Source: Trypethelium eluteriae
Taxonomy: Eukaryota
Assembly: GCA_051942245.1 (NCBI GenBank)
Contig: JAVECL010000142.1
Coordinates: 1-44,441, forward strand
DNA: 44,441 bases
Direction: 5' to 3'
The position numbers and the translations under genes are program-made. Below the pieces are notes generated by a model, which saw only the letters and a list, made by a program, of their open reading frames with translations, did not search any database and had not been told where the DNA came from. Shown here piece by piece: positions 22,302 to 34,900 of the stretch (positions are counted from its first letter, which is position 1; each line of letters begins with the position of its first letter).

Positions 22302-24375
22302 TCACGACGAGGACTTTGGCGAGCGTGACCGCGACCTTGGCAGTAGAGGATTTAAGTAATCCCGCACATCCAACCGCTCGTCTGTCCCCGCGCGTGATAT
22401 CTGCGGCGAAGGGGGATCCGGGAACGCCTGCTCAGACTGACGTTCTATCGGTTTCCCAAATTCCGTCAAGGTCTTGCCCACGTAACATTCCCATCTCTTA
22501 TCACCTTCCTTACCCAGCTGCTCCCTCGCCCTTCTCATCCTCACTAGCTTCTCTGCAGCCTGCTTGATCATCATCGAGGGCGGCGCGTAGCTATCATACA
22601 TTGGGTTGTAATCCCTATTCATCATGATCTTCACTGCCTCTTCCATTCTTGTTAGGGAAGCTCCACCTGGAACGGTTCTTTCTTCATGCGTTTTGGGATC
22701 AACCCATTTGCCTTTTCTCCAATCATCCAACTTCATCCCTTCCATTCCACTGGCCACATTCAATCTCTTGTACCAGCTGTTCTCCCCTTTTGCTTGATTT
22801 CTCATCGCCTCGTGCTGCTTTTCCCCTTCAGTATACTTGATCAAGACATTTCGGAAGACTGCAAATTTTTCGGCCGCTTTTCGCAATACCCTGCTGCCTG
22901 CTAAAGGTCCAGACCATGGACTTGCGAAACCGTCCCCAGTCCGCTCATCAGGTCTACCTGTGCCAATGGACAAGAGCAGGGCTGGATCCGCATCGGCTCC
23001 GTATCTACTGATAAACTCGCTCCAAGCCGCCCCTGCCGGGTTGTTCTCTCGGATCCCACCGTCTTTGAAGCCTACCATCTCTTGTCGAATATCTGCTTCA
23101 AGGATGTCGAAATAAAATGGTGCGGCGGAGGTTGCTCGTGTAACTTGCCAAATACGCAATTTATCGGCGCCTTCATTATAAAGGGTAATCCAGTTTGGAG
23201 TACCTTCAGGGTAGTAGTGCGGATACGTACGAAGAAGATAGGCTTCGTCGATTTTGCCATTGTGCGTTGCCGTGAGACAGATACTGTAAAACGCCATGGT
23301 CAGCTTAACCGTGGTATCAGGGGATCACACCTGATCCAGAAAGTAAATGCATACACAGGTATACCTACGTTTGACATATTCGGCCCGTCTCACCTCCTTC
23401 CTTCCAACCGTCCTCCATGTTCCAGGGATTCCAGTCCTCCCCATCGCAATTTTCGTGCTGCACGCAATGCCGTTGAACAATCTTTTTGACAGCCTCTTCC
23501 AATGGCCTATGATCATATTTTGTAGCAAACGGGACTACGCTCCTTTTTGTCCCAAACAAATCATTTCCAACTTCTCTGTATATTTCCAAACATTGGGGCA
23601 CTGTAAGACGCAGTCTTCCCAGTAATGTAGCGATCAATCCACCAGTGCTGGTACCGTACATATAGTCAAAGTAGTGACAAGGTCGTAAATCGTCTTCTAT
23701 AATCCCTGGGCGCGTCGAGCCGTCGGGAAGAAGGGTCGCGGGTGAGCTAGGAAGCGGTTCTGTAGCGCGAGAAGTTGTCGAGAATGATGGCGGATTCAAT
23801 GAAGCATCGCGCTCCTCTCTGTCATTCACGGCTTTTGGTATATCTGCATCCTGATATCTCTTCTTCTCATCCGCTTGCTCCCGTCCAAAGTCATGCGAGG
23901 CTATCGAAGGTCTCGATGGTTGCTCAGAAAGTGCTTGACTTGTCTCCATATCATGCTGCAGCTCAGGAGTCGCATTAAGATGCCGCAGTTCCTTCTGTTC
24001 CGCATCTACTCGTCGCTGCTGCTTTCCGACGTCATACTCAGTCGTTGCGATGACTGGTGTCTGCGCTGCCACAGCCTCTCCATTCGCCATGTTGCCCTCC
24101 CCTGGAATCGTGTGTATCTCCTTGGCCACCTCTTCTTCCTTATCCAACCGTCGCTCCCATTCTGCGATCTCGTGCATAAGATTCTGCAGGATTAGGAGCG
24201 AGGAATAGCCCCGAATACCACCGCCATCAAGCGTTAGGATCGCAGGTTCCCATGGATCCTTTATCTGTCTTGCCCACGTTCGCCCAGACTGCTCGTCATC
24301 ATCTTCTGGAGGGGGCGTCCTGATGCTGACAGCAGGTGTGGAATCCCTCCCGCCCAACGTCAGCTGTTGAGCCAT
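22302..24375 (-). CDS. Patatin-like phospholipase (iPLA2-gamma/PNPLA8-like). Exons 24375-23369, 23283-22302; ~662 aa
   Basis: ILTLDGGGIRG glycine loop, FDYMYGTSTGG nucleophile elbow, RATSAAPFYF, catalytic DGG, LLSIGTG; intron 23368-23284 (GTAGGT..GCTGAC..TACAG) joins the two ORFs in frame. Confidence 0.92.
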
Positions 24376-25380
24376 ATCCTTTCTCAGCCTTGTTCCGTAT
24401 GTCACGAAGGGGCGTATGGTGGCTTTAACTTCAGGCTCTCGAGGCCGGACACGGTTGCAGGGATATATATAGAAATGTTATTACATATTCGCACGAACAA
24501 GTTCAAAACGAAACGAAGGCACGAAAAAAGAGGACGAAGCGTGGTAGGGAAATAACAGGATAAAAGGAGAAGAGTAGATGAATGCCTGACGCATCTCGTC
24601 GGCTTCTACCCACACCATCTCGACTGCGCGCCGTCCCAGTCATGGGCGGTTGTGGCTGACCTTGACTGCGGTCATCTGCCGTCGGCAGGGCGAAGCAAAT
24701 CTCAAGCCTAAACCTAAACTGGTACTGATCGGCAGGTACCTCTTTACCTCTGTTTGCCAGGTCGCGTGCTGAGAAATGGAGGACAAAGAGACGTCCCAGT
24801 CGGTGACGTGAGGGACGCGACGGCGGTAGAGAGTCTCCGTTGCCTACGCTGTCCCGTGGTTCTGCTAGGTTTTTTCGACGCGCGGCGGCGCGAAGAGAAG
24901 GGGACGGTAATGACTCAATAGACTGAATGGTAGAGTTTATTGGCGTGAAGAGGATTGTGTTTTAGTGGCGCATGTAAAACATTATTTCTTGCAGGCACAC
25001 GCACACCTCGTCCTACTTCAGGACAAAGGCTATCTCCCAAAACTGCATGCATCAATCTTCGATCTCTAGTACTCGCAACACTTTCGACGTTGTATGATCT
25101 TCGGAATTCCTAACTCTGCAATAGCTCTCACTTATCATTCTATCAAGGTATCCATATATAAAAGCCTCTAACAATTATTCCGCCTGTAAATATCAATTTC
25201 AAATATCTCAGCCTTCTCCCGTGTGCCAAATCTGCACACTCAATACTGTATCTGGTCTATCGAAAGCTGACTAGCAACTCCCACAACGGACCGGTTGGCT
25301 CAACTCCGAGCAGAGAGTGCCCGTAGTACTAGGTTCCATGTCTTGAAATGTAGCCAATTCTTCAGCACTTTGGCTCGCGA

Positions 25381-27206
25381 TTAATATTCGGGGAAACCAT
25401 CATCAACCTCCTCCCGCCAAGCCCTCAACCCACCCTTAATATCCACCACCCTTTTCCCCTCCCCTAGCCTCATCTCCCTCAGCCGTTTCACGGCCAACTG
25501 CGAATCATTCCCCAATCGACAAACCACCACTACAACCCCCCCCTCCTCCTCCAGGCTCTTCAGCTCCCTACACCCATTTGCATTCGCGGCCGTCCCATTC
25601 AAAGGGCGCCCCAGTGGCAAAGCTAAGTCTGACATCGGCCAATTAATGCTGCCCGGCAACCGACACAACTCAAACTGCGTCCGCTCTCGCACATCCACAA
25701 GAACGTGCCCCGGCCTCACTTCCGCATCTCCATCTCGCTGCCGTCCCCTTTGTACCAACCGCGCATACTCCGCCGCCGAGATGCGGTCCTCGGGCGGGAG
25801 CAAATTGACCGGATCCAGGACGCCACAAAACTGCGCATAATCCAACGAGCCCGACTTCAGCGACTCCGGCGTCACGGACGCCACCGCCGAACACGCCGCG
25901 CACGCCGCCCTCCTCGAGCGCAACCGAATAGAGCGGAACGGAGGACTCGCCATCGCCGAGAAGATCAGCAGCTCCGGCTGTGGCGGACGTGGCGTCTGCG
26001 CACCCGGTTGTGGCGTCTCTACCCCAGGAGCACCCTCCCCTTCACCCTCTCGCGCCTTTGTCTGCACACCCGCGCCCGACGCTTCCGGCTGCCCTGTCTC
26101 GCGTCCGGATGACCCGTCCGCGGGTATACCTGCCACGACGAGCTTGATGGCTTCGAGCGCTTGCAGCACGCCCATGACGCCCACGACGGGGCCGAGGACG
26201 CCGCCTTCGCCGCAGCTGACGACGCTGGTCGGGGGCGGCGGCTTGGGGAAGATGCACCGGTAGCAGGGCCCGCCGAAGGGGTTGCCGGCGGGGAGGGCGG
26301 GGTGGTTGAGGATCATGAGTTGGCCGTCGGTGCGGAGGGCGGAGGCGGAGACGAGCGGTTTGGAGAGGAGGACGCAGGCGTCGGAGATGAGGTAGCGGGA
26401 TTGGGGGGAGTCGGTGCAGTCGAGGATGAGAGTGTAGGGATGGAGGGTGTCGAGCGCGGTGGTGGGAGAGAGGTGGGAGGGATGGGTGATGACTTTGACG
26501 TTTGGGTTGAGACTGGGATTTTTTGTCACTTTGTTGGGCTTTTGGCTTGTCGGGAAGGAAGGTTGACTCACGCGGCTATGTATTCAGACACGCTGTCGAC
26601 TTTGGGCATCCCTATCTTGGCCGTGCTGTGTAAAACTTGTCGGTGGAGATTGGATATCTCGACAGTATCACCGTCAACCAGCCCAATAGTCCCTACACCA
26701 GCGCCAGCGAGGTATGCCGCGGCCGGACATCCCAATCCTCCCGCACCAACGATACAAATCTTCGCGTCTTTCAATCTCAGTTGTCCTGACCAGAATCATA
26801 TCAGCCACCCGTGCTCTGCTTCGTTTCCACTGCACAAACTCATACCTTGAAGTCCAATTTCAGGCAAGATCAACTGCCTCCCATATCTCCTATACTCCTC
26901 TAATTCCAACTCCCATCTTCCGGGCTGCTCCGCTCCTGCTTCCGGCTTCTTCGAGAGAAAGTGATTTTCGTTTGCTTCAAGGCTCGTACTACAAAGTGCA
27001 TCCCACGTCTCCTGCTGCCATTCCGGCATTAACCCTCCTCGATATGCCTGTTGCAAATCATGGGCTTGTTCTGCTTCATCGATATTGTTTGCACGCAGTT
27101 CTGCCTGCGCTAACTGTTCCTTGAGCTTGCGGAGTTGAGATTCGTGAGCGACAATCTGGTTGCGCAAAGTCGTGATGGTACGATCGAGATCAGAGGTGGA
27201 GAACAT
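25381..27206 (-). CDS. UBA4: Adenylyltransferase/sulfurtransferase Uba4 (MOCS3/CnxF). Exons 27206-26846, 26785-26572, 26512-25381; ~568 aa
   Basis: ThiF motifs [56 protein letters not shown]-terminal rhodanese [27 protein letters not shown]; two canonical introns keep frame. Confidence 0.95.
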
Positions 27207-27827
27207 GGTGTGCTTGGCGGGAAAAGGAGCATTTTGGCATTGCGTAGAGGAAAGAATTGATTCGTAGGTAAGCACTGAGGTTTAGTGAGCCGATACAATG
27301 TTTCTAGTAGTTTTTAGCGTAGGGGTTGCTGCATGCAAGATGCAAGTTTAGCAGTACATAGCGGGGTTCAATTCAACATCTTCGGGTGCACTGCTACTGC
27401 CAACGTCATTCATATGATTCTACATTAAGATTGGGGATAATTCGTGGTCGACTAGATGAGTACCTGGTTGTTCAGTGGACATAATGCACAATTATTTGTC
27501 GTAACATGCCACTTGCATTTTGCTGAGGTCTGAATGAACAGCTGTTAGGCTTCCAATTGCAAAAGTTCCTACTACTACAAACAAAATCTAGCCTATGGTA
27601 AGTGTGGTATCATGTTAGAATTATCAAAGCGCCCTGAACCAGTACGGCTGGTTTGCGAGGGCGCAGTGCAAAGAACCATCAGCTCCTCTTGTTTAAGCGC
27701 CAAAAAAAATCCGATCCGCTTCATCCTCGTCATACGTAAACACATCAGGCCGTTACCGTGAGGTTGACCTTTAGACGCCGACACCATGATGAAACCCGTA
27801 CATCGAAGAAGGCCATTGATAGACAAT

Positions 27828-28412
27828 TTAAAGTTCCATGCTGTTAGCAATCGACTCAACCATCTCCTGACATCCTCTATCGATGCTGACTCTACGCTTA
27901 CGGTGCCGGCGAAGTTCCATCTCGGCATCCATCAGTCTGCTCTGTACCCAAGCACGGAATTTGGAGTCGTTCCTTGTAGAGTCGTAGTTGAGCAGGTCGG
28001 TGAGAGTGAACTTGATCTGCTTGTTGATTTCGTCGAGCTTTCGCTCTTCCTCTTCAGCGTCGTCAATGCCCTCTTGCTCCTCGACTTCTTCTGGAATCGT
28101 CGAGATGGCGTGAGTACTAAAAGGAAAGCTCGAGGGTGAACCTGGCGACGATGAGAGAGATGAAATTGAGCTGTTACGAGAGTCGGGAGTGAGGAATGGT
28201 GATGCAGAAACAAATCGTCGTTGGACCGCATCTCGGATTCGCGTCTGCTGATAGTGTAGAGCAAGATACTTTTGCAGTGAGGCAGACTATAGGGCAGATG
28301 ATTAGCTCTATTGTTACATGCTTTGTTATGGAGGAATGAATGTTACCCTCTCAGAACTGCGATTCATCGGATTGGCCATGAAGCAGCCGGAAGACTCGGT
28401 GGATGGGTACAT
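27828..28412 (-). CDS. Small two-exon hypothetical protein, 174 aa (not shown by the ORF track). Exons 28412-28347, 28286-27828
   Basis: ATG 28412; 60-nt intron GTAACA..GCTAAT..TATAG; product MYPSTESSGCFMANPMNRSSER/SASLQKYLALHYQQ..EEERKLDEINKQIKFTLTDLLNYDSTRNDSKFRAWVQSRLMDAEMELRRHRKRRVS..MEL*, resembling an unnamed Pezizomycotina family I recall. Confidence 0.8.
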
Positions 28413-30349
28413 TGTGGTGATCGTGGGGATACTGTATTCGAAGAAAATAGTATCCAGAAACGCAAATGTTTAATCACGTCGAAGGTGAGTTGATTTCACT
28501 TCCAGGATCGAGGTCCCGTCGCAGCTGGCAAAGATGGTCTTGCTGGTTTGATTGCGATTACCCTTGGTGGCAGTCGAATCCGCAGGCTGGGAAGGAGAGG
28601 TCTGGACTAAATTGCCAGTGCATATATAGTCTTGGGATTGGGAAGGCTCCAAGGATGACTGACAGCCTCGATAGCGAATCATCAAAATGATTTGTCGGAC
28701 CGGTATAAAAATGTTTTATGTGACAGTGGAAAGGCGCGGGAGCTCCGCCTCAGGTATATGCTGCTGGGAAATGATATGACGTGCGGACCCTGTGGCGGAT
28801 TGCCATGGCAAGCGACGAAACACCACGTAAGAATGGGTTGACCCAGCCCAACTTGTTGCAAGATTGCGCCTGCGGAGCAGTGGCCTCCTTCATTATTCGC
28901 ATATCATGAGCTACCTCATGGCGTGAGATTTGTTGGAAAGGACAGCCGAGCTTGGCTGGATGAGCAGTGCCAGCCGCGTCCCGGAGCGGAAAGTACGGGT
29001 AGATCAAGCTTTTTGCGATCGCGATGAACGCGTGGGTCGAGCGAGTGCATTCGATGCTAACGGCTTTTTTCGATCAGGGCAACCATTACGGATCTTGGCC
29101 TATCAGGGCGCAGTGGTTGTTCCACATTACGTCGCCAAAGAAGGCAAGAAACAAGGCACTATGTGCGGCTCCGCTGCGGGTGGCCGCCGGAAGCATCCTT
29201 AGGTGCTTAGCCTTTCCTTCTCACCCAAGAAACTGGTTTGTCTGCACCAGTTCTATGAACCGGTTTACCATGGATGATGCTAAGTTTGGACTTCCATCAC
29301 AGCATGGAGTGAGAGATTAAGAAATCACGAAATACAGTATTGGTCACTTACCGGAAATCAGTGGGAAATTAAGATAGCCATATCGAGGTACTCTGCACGC
29401 GACCGCCCGACGTACTGAGATCTGGGATGACGTCAAAGCGCGCCAGGAATTCTGCCGCTTCAGCACTTCATCAAAGCCAACTATGGCCTTCCTGTGGGTA
29501 ACGTGGAGGCACAGTACACCGTAGACAACAACCCACTTGAGATTAGGCTTCCACGTTATTCTCCCGAGTGAACACATTTTGAATCGCCTTCAAGACTTTG
29601 CATCAGCATGAGGCAGATCAACGTGAAACAGATTCCTTCAGTCATGTCACCCACCACACTTTGGGAGAGACTCAATGCGGTCCGTTCATATGCTGGTGGG
29701 AGCCGCACATTTAGAGCAAGGCAGCTCCAGTCATCCTTTGGAGGAATATCACGACGGCCGAGAGAACGTCAGTCAAGACTCGGCAGTGACGAATGCTAAT
29801 GTTCATCCTGCAACTACTACGCTCCGAGTGAATTTTCTTCTCCTATGCATCCTTTATGTGGTACGAAGTCCTTACAAATGGACTTTTCCTAAAAGATCCG
29901 GTAGAGCCATTCTGACATCTGGACCGCTGTCTCCGGACCCTTTCATCCAAAAAGCTTCAAAGATTGTGTCGAGACCCTTTGTGGTCTTGCTTTGGCCACA
30001 CTAGCCTTGTTGCTCCACACTCTCAAAAGTTTTCCGTGGTACTCCATCTGGAATAAGATGTCTTCAATCCTTCTATCCGAAGCCAGCCTCCTCTCCAACC
30101 TCGCGTAGCCAGGCGCAACATACAAAACATATGTTTGCCCCAACGGATCTGCGTTCGAGAACGTTCTAATCAACAGAAGGTCACCCATCAGCAGTGTCCT
30201 ATCGGTAATGTTCGCTGCGGCGTCCCCGATTGTCGCCTCATTTCCAGCGTCATACCACGTAATAATAGTCAACGATACTCCTATCAATCCTTGAATCCTC
30301 TCACATCAGTCACACTGTCTATACTGCGTAATCCAACCGTCGACTAACC

Positions 30350-31063
30350 CTACTTCGTACCAATTTCCCTCACTTCCTCCCGCCTTTCCCTCCAAAAGCC
30401 CTTCCCGTAACTAACGACAATCTCCTCGCCCTTTCCAATCCCTCTTGCTCTTTTGCCCCCCTTCCCAGGCCCCAGCACAAACACCGCAATCCTCTTCCCC
30501 ACGGCCCCTTTCCCAACCTCCACCCACACATCTCTAAACTCAGCGTTCGGCCCCTCGCTCCGCACGCCCCGATAGTCATTTACAAAGCGCGCCTCATTCC
30601 CCGCCACACTCGCGTCAACGCTCACCCCACCTCCTTCCTCGTCCCCCCGATCCAAACTCAGGTCGTAGTTAGACCCAGGATCAGACTCGCTATCCCAATG
30701 CGCCACACCAAGGTACAGCACAATCAGCGAGTCTGGCGGCAGCTGCTGTGCCGCAAAGAGACCGTATTGGCCGTGAGCTGGGTGTACGGCGCTGGCGATG
30801 GGGAGGATGCGGACGCGGGGCGATGGGGCGACGAGCGCAGGCGAGGCTGGGCTGAGGATGACGTCGGTGGGGGAGAGCGAGGCACGGGGGCTTGTGAGGC
30901 GATCGAGCGGGAGCGTGCGGGTGTAGGAGAGGGCGCTGAGGTAAGTGAGGGATGGAGGCCAATTCTTGGGGAGAGGGGAGGACGACGATGTCGGCGGCGT
31001 GTGGGGAAGGAGAGGGTGCGGTGATTTCTTTTGGCTGGGTGGAGGGCTTGAGGGCTGAGGCAT
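30350..31063 (-). CDS. Small stand-alone SET-domain protein (putative lysine methyltransferase), 237 aa
   Basis: GQYGLFA (SET motif I), LYLG, GNEARFVNDYRG (RFxNH-like), NAEF, IGKGEEIVVSYGKGFW (ELxxDY-like). Confidence 0.88.
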   Translation of the reverse strand: MPQPSSPPPSQKKSPHPLLPHTPPTSSSSPLPKNWPPSLTYLSALSYTRTLPLDRLTSPRASLSPTDVILSPASPALVAPSPRVRILPIASAVHPAHGQYGLFAAQQLPPDSLIVLYLGVAHWDSESDPGSNYDLSLDRGDEEGGGVSVDASVAGNEARFVNDYRGVRSEGPNAEFRDVWVEVGKGAVGKRIAVFVLGPGKGGKRARGIGKGEEIVVSYGKGFWRERREEVREIGTK

Positions 31064-31950
31064 GAGGGTTGGAGGCGAGGAGCCCTCTGTAGAGCTTTTT
31101 TGGTGTCGAGCTGAGTGTGCTGGTAGATGATCGCAACTCGGTCTCGGTTTGGGTAAAGGTACGAGCTGGATGTCGAGCGGGACGGTTCGATAATCGCTGA
31201 TTCCTGTAGCTGAGCCTGGGATGCTGGGCTAGACAACCTACGAAGTTCGTAAAGAAATTTTGAGAGATCGCCCAATTTGTGGAAATATGAGTCTGGCAGT
31301 CAGTGATGCAATGCCTAGAAAAGACTCAGCGAGGATACGACTGCGAAGGGATGCGAAAGTTTGGAGGATGGATAGATAATGCAATAGGATGGTTCTAAAA
31401 ACATACATTTTGAATTCATCGGGTTGCTTGTTACTCACCTTAATGCCCCAAATCGTGCACTATCTTGATCTTCGATAGAGTCAATTGGCAGCAGCTGCGA
31501 AAAGCGACAACTAGCGGAAAACAGGAGTGGTGGGATTATCGCATGTTAACTTCGGCTCTGCTCTCATTTTCTATTTCCAATCCTACAATCTCAATCGGAT
31601 CGGTTGTATGGATGGGGAGCCCTCGAAGTACTTCGAAGCAAAGGCGGGTTAAGCCAAGAATCATGCCAAAATTTGACTACCTACAGTACTAGGCTAGGAC
31701 AAGAGTGTCCGGGCAACGCCCAGTAATCTTCCCGCGCCAGCGCGCGGACACCTTTTTTTACATGACTGTAAGTCGCTGGTCTGCGAGGATAACGATACAA
31801 CCCATCTCACCTTCAGGAAGTATGATGCTATAAATCGTCTTGGGGGTGTACATGTTGTGCTTGGCTAAGTGCCTGAAGAGCAATTTGACCCATTGAGACT
31901 GACATGCCGCCAAGTAGACCGCGTCCCTTTCATGTCGAACTCATATCCAC

Positions 31951-34900
31951 CTAAGTTTCCAACAAGTCCCAATCCCGCTTAATGCCTTCCAGCCATTTGT
32001 CTATCGCCAGAACCTCACTTCCGACAAGGACCTTTCCATTCTGGAGCCGCTCCCAGCTTGCCAAATCCCAGGGGGGAATGTAGAAGAACTCGTGATTGGG
32101 ATTGCAAACGTCATGTCCGAGCTCACCTCGTTGAAGCTTTGCGAAACACTTGTCTTCAAATACCGAATTGAGGCACGTGTAGCACATGTGAAAGTCGTCA
32201 TAATATGTCCAAATCCGTCCACAGTCCCCGGAGCACTCAAACCACGTGGGACCAATGAGCTTTCGCGTGCCTTTCAAGGTATTAGTACGCCCAAGAGCTG
32301 GTTGTGGAGAAGGCGAGTGCTCATTTGTAGCATCCCCATTGCTGCCATCCTGTCGTAGACCCTCTGGATCGGATTCCGACTTTGAAGCTAGTTGTAGGTC
32401 TTCAAGAGCTGGGAGTGGCCCTGTTGGCTGAATCATGCAAAATGCTGCGAGAGCGTTCACACTATCGCCAGAGGTCATTAAGGCATCGCCGAGTCTCTGA
32501 TAGCCTAGCCAATCATTTTCTGGATCCTCATCCGAAAGAAGCTTGACACCGGCCTCAACATCTGGTCGAAGCTGCTCTCTAGCTTTTTCCGTGTCCTTGA
32601 CTTTGTTATAGTAATGGCCAAGGAGGGACCGTATTTCTTCACGAGTAATGCCAAACACCATGTTCTCCCGTTCCCAGCTGGATTCTATGCTTTCTTCACG
32701 CAGCCCGCGAGCAAAGTTCTGGACTTTCTCTAGCATTTCATCCGCCACGGTGGAGGGATGACCAGCAGCGATCGCTCTTTCGATGTACATTCTCGCGAGC
32801 CGCCGGGCAGAAAGCATCAACGGACCCACCACGTTCGGATCCCTACTTCCTAGAGCTATGTTCCGTTCTAGGAGCTGAATGGCTTCATCCCTTTCCTCTG
32901 GAAAACTTTCATGTTCATAGAGTAATGTAGCGAAATGGAGAGTTAGAAGCATGTACGTTTGCAAGTTGTAATCCTGCTTCGTCTTGGTCTTACTGGCGGC
33001 ATCAATGGCTTGCCGATAGTGATCCTTGATCTTGAATAGCTTTCCTGTTTGCTTAAAGGCCTGGAAGATGGCTCTATGATATTCATCCTGCATGACATTG
33101 GCGTGGAAAAGCCGTGAAAGGCGGTTCCTTTTCGTTTCATCAAATTCTTTCTCCAACTTCTCAAACATTTCAACAACTTCGTCAAAGTGTTGAACCTCGT
33201 AGAGCAAGAAGATGAGCCCCACTCGCAAGTTCTCGTCTTGAGGATAATCCCGGAGTAAATTGTCGTACAGCTTGCGTGACTCCTCGTACCTACCAAGTTT
33301 GGCCTTCCACAAAGCCTTGTCCTGAAGCAAGGACTTTAACTGTTCAGCGGGCTCAACATCGCTAAAAATTCGTTTCCCCTTCTGAACCTGCTCAATTGGA
33401 AGATCCAAATGAAATATGGCCTTTTCGAAATCGGGCTTAGGACCGTCTTTAGTTTCTTTTCCATACGTCTGAGATAAACTTTCATGGGCAAGTAAGCAGC
33501 TCGGATCTTTGGTCAAAGCTTGGTTCAGACAGTCAATGGCTTCCGAAATGTGCCCGCATTCACGATATGTGACTCCAACATTCCGCAACGCAATGGGACC
33601 CAATATACTCGACCCTTGTAGGCTTTTTACTAATGACAAGACATCGCCGATTTCTTCTGCGCCAATATCTTGCTCGTCCGGAGCCTGGGTAATCCTTGCG
33701 ACTTTTGGATTCTCTGCATTTTGTACCTAGGTACATTAGCCATATTCTCAAAGCACAAGGGAATTGATATGGACCTTATTACAATAGCCGTAGAGCCACT
33801 GGAAATGCTCACAGACCGTTTCTGCATCCTCAGACGTAAGCCAGAGGGTGGCTTTGTACTTTGCTCCCTCTTCGAGTAGCGCAATCGCTGGAGTTGGATG
33901 ATCTACAATCGTTTTCACCCAATCTTGGCCTTTACCTACCGGACCAGCGACCTTTCTGACGACTGCAGAGCTGCGAAGCATGCGCAAGACTTGCTCAACC
34001 GAGTCATCTTCGAAGGTCCAAAGGTAGTCAACATGTTTGTTGGTTCGTTCTATAGAAATTGGGTCCGTCAATGCCTTTACAAGCCGAGGACCAATCTCTG
34101 CCTTCAGACGAGGGTCGACCGTATCGAGATCGATCTTCTTCAAATGCCTAGATAAATTGTATCTTCCATAGACTATGGTATACTTTGCTTTTTCTTCCTC
34201 CGAGAACTCGCCGGTGAGGGCCCGGAGGCATTCAAGCGCTATTGTGGCGTGAGCATTATCACAGTCTACGGTCACAGAAGCGTCGGATCGAGACAGTTTC
34301 TGGTCAAAGAACTGTCCAAAGCCGATCTTGTCGTACATGTCCTGATCGACGAGCTTTTGGATGAAATGCTGGATCATGCGGATTTCGGCCTTACTAAGAG
34401 CCTCCGAGGGCATTTTGTCAGTCAATTCGCGGTTCACAGAAAGATTCTTGAAGTAATCTGCGATCGAATCGTATCTTAGAGACACAACCGCAATGTCGCC
34501 TTCCTCCTCGTTTATTTGTATTAGAGCAGAGAACTTGGCGCGAATCTCGCGGGAGAGTGGTTGGAGGGACTCTCTCTGCATATAGAGAATGGATTCCAGA
34601 TAGTAAAGCCGTAGAGGCCATTCCGCATACATGACCCAAAGCAATATCGTATTAAGATCCTGTATCTCTCGTGTGTTCAGTGTCTGATTGCAATCTTGAA
34701 TGGCATCTGCGATAGCATGACTAAGATTCCCGCCTTCTTTCGCGGCTTCGAGCACAGCCAAGACCTCACTCGTGTCGTTCTTGCTACCAATCTCGCGGAG
34801 ATTAACGTCAACAAGAAGAAAGTTGCCCTTTGCAGCTTCCAGAAGCCCTGAACACACTTGAGATTTGAGTTCCTGTATTTTAGATGACTTGGACTTGAAT

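Noticed and set aside
25285..25345. tRNA-like fragments (TGGCTCAA..GGTTCC)
   Set aside because: No cloverleaf or acceptor stem could be formed
26161..26850. 229-aa + strand ORF
   Set aside because: Antisense to UBA4, explained by high GC
27361..27380. B-box-like GGTTCAATTC
   Set aside because: No T-stem pairing or A box; not a tRNA
27932..28264. 110-aa Ser/Lys-rich ORF in the track
   Set aside because: Wrong frame of the real two-exon gene at 28412-27828
33722..33735. 14-bp perfect palindrome TGTACCTAGGTACA at the NLR splice acceptor
   Set aside because: A few palindromes of this length are expected by chance in 44 kb
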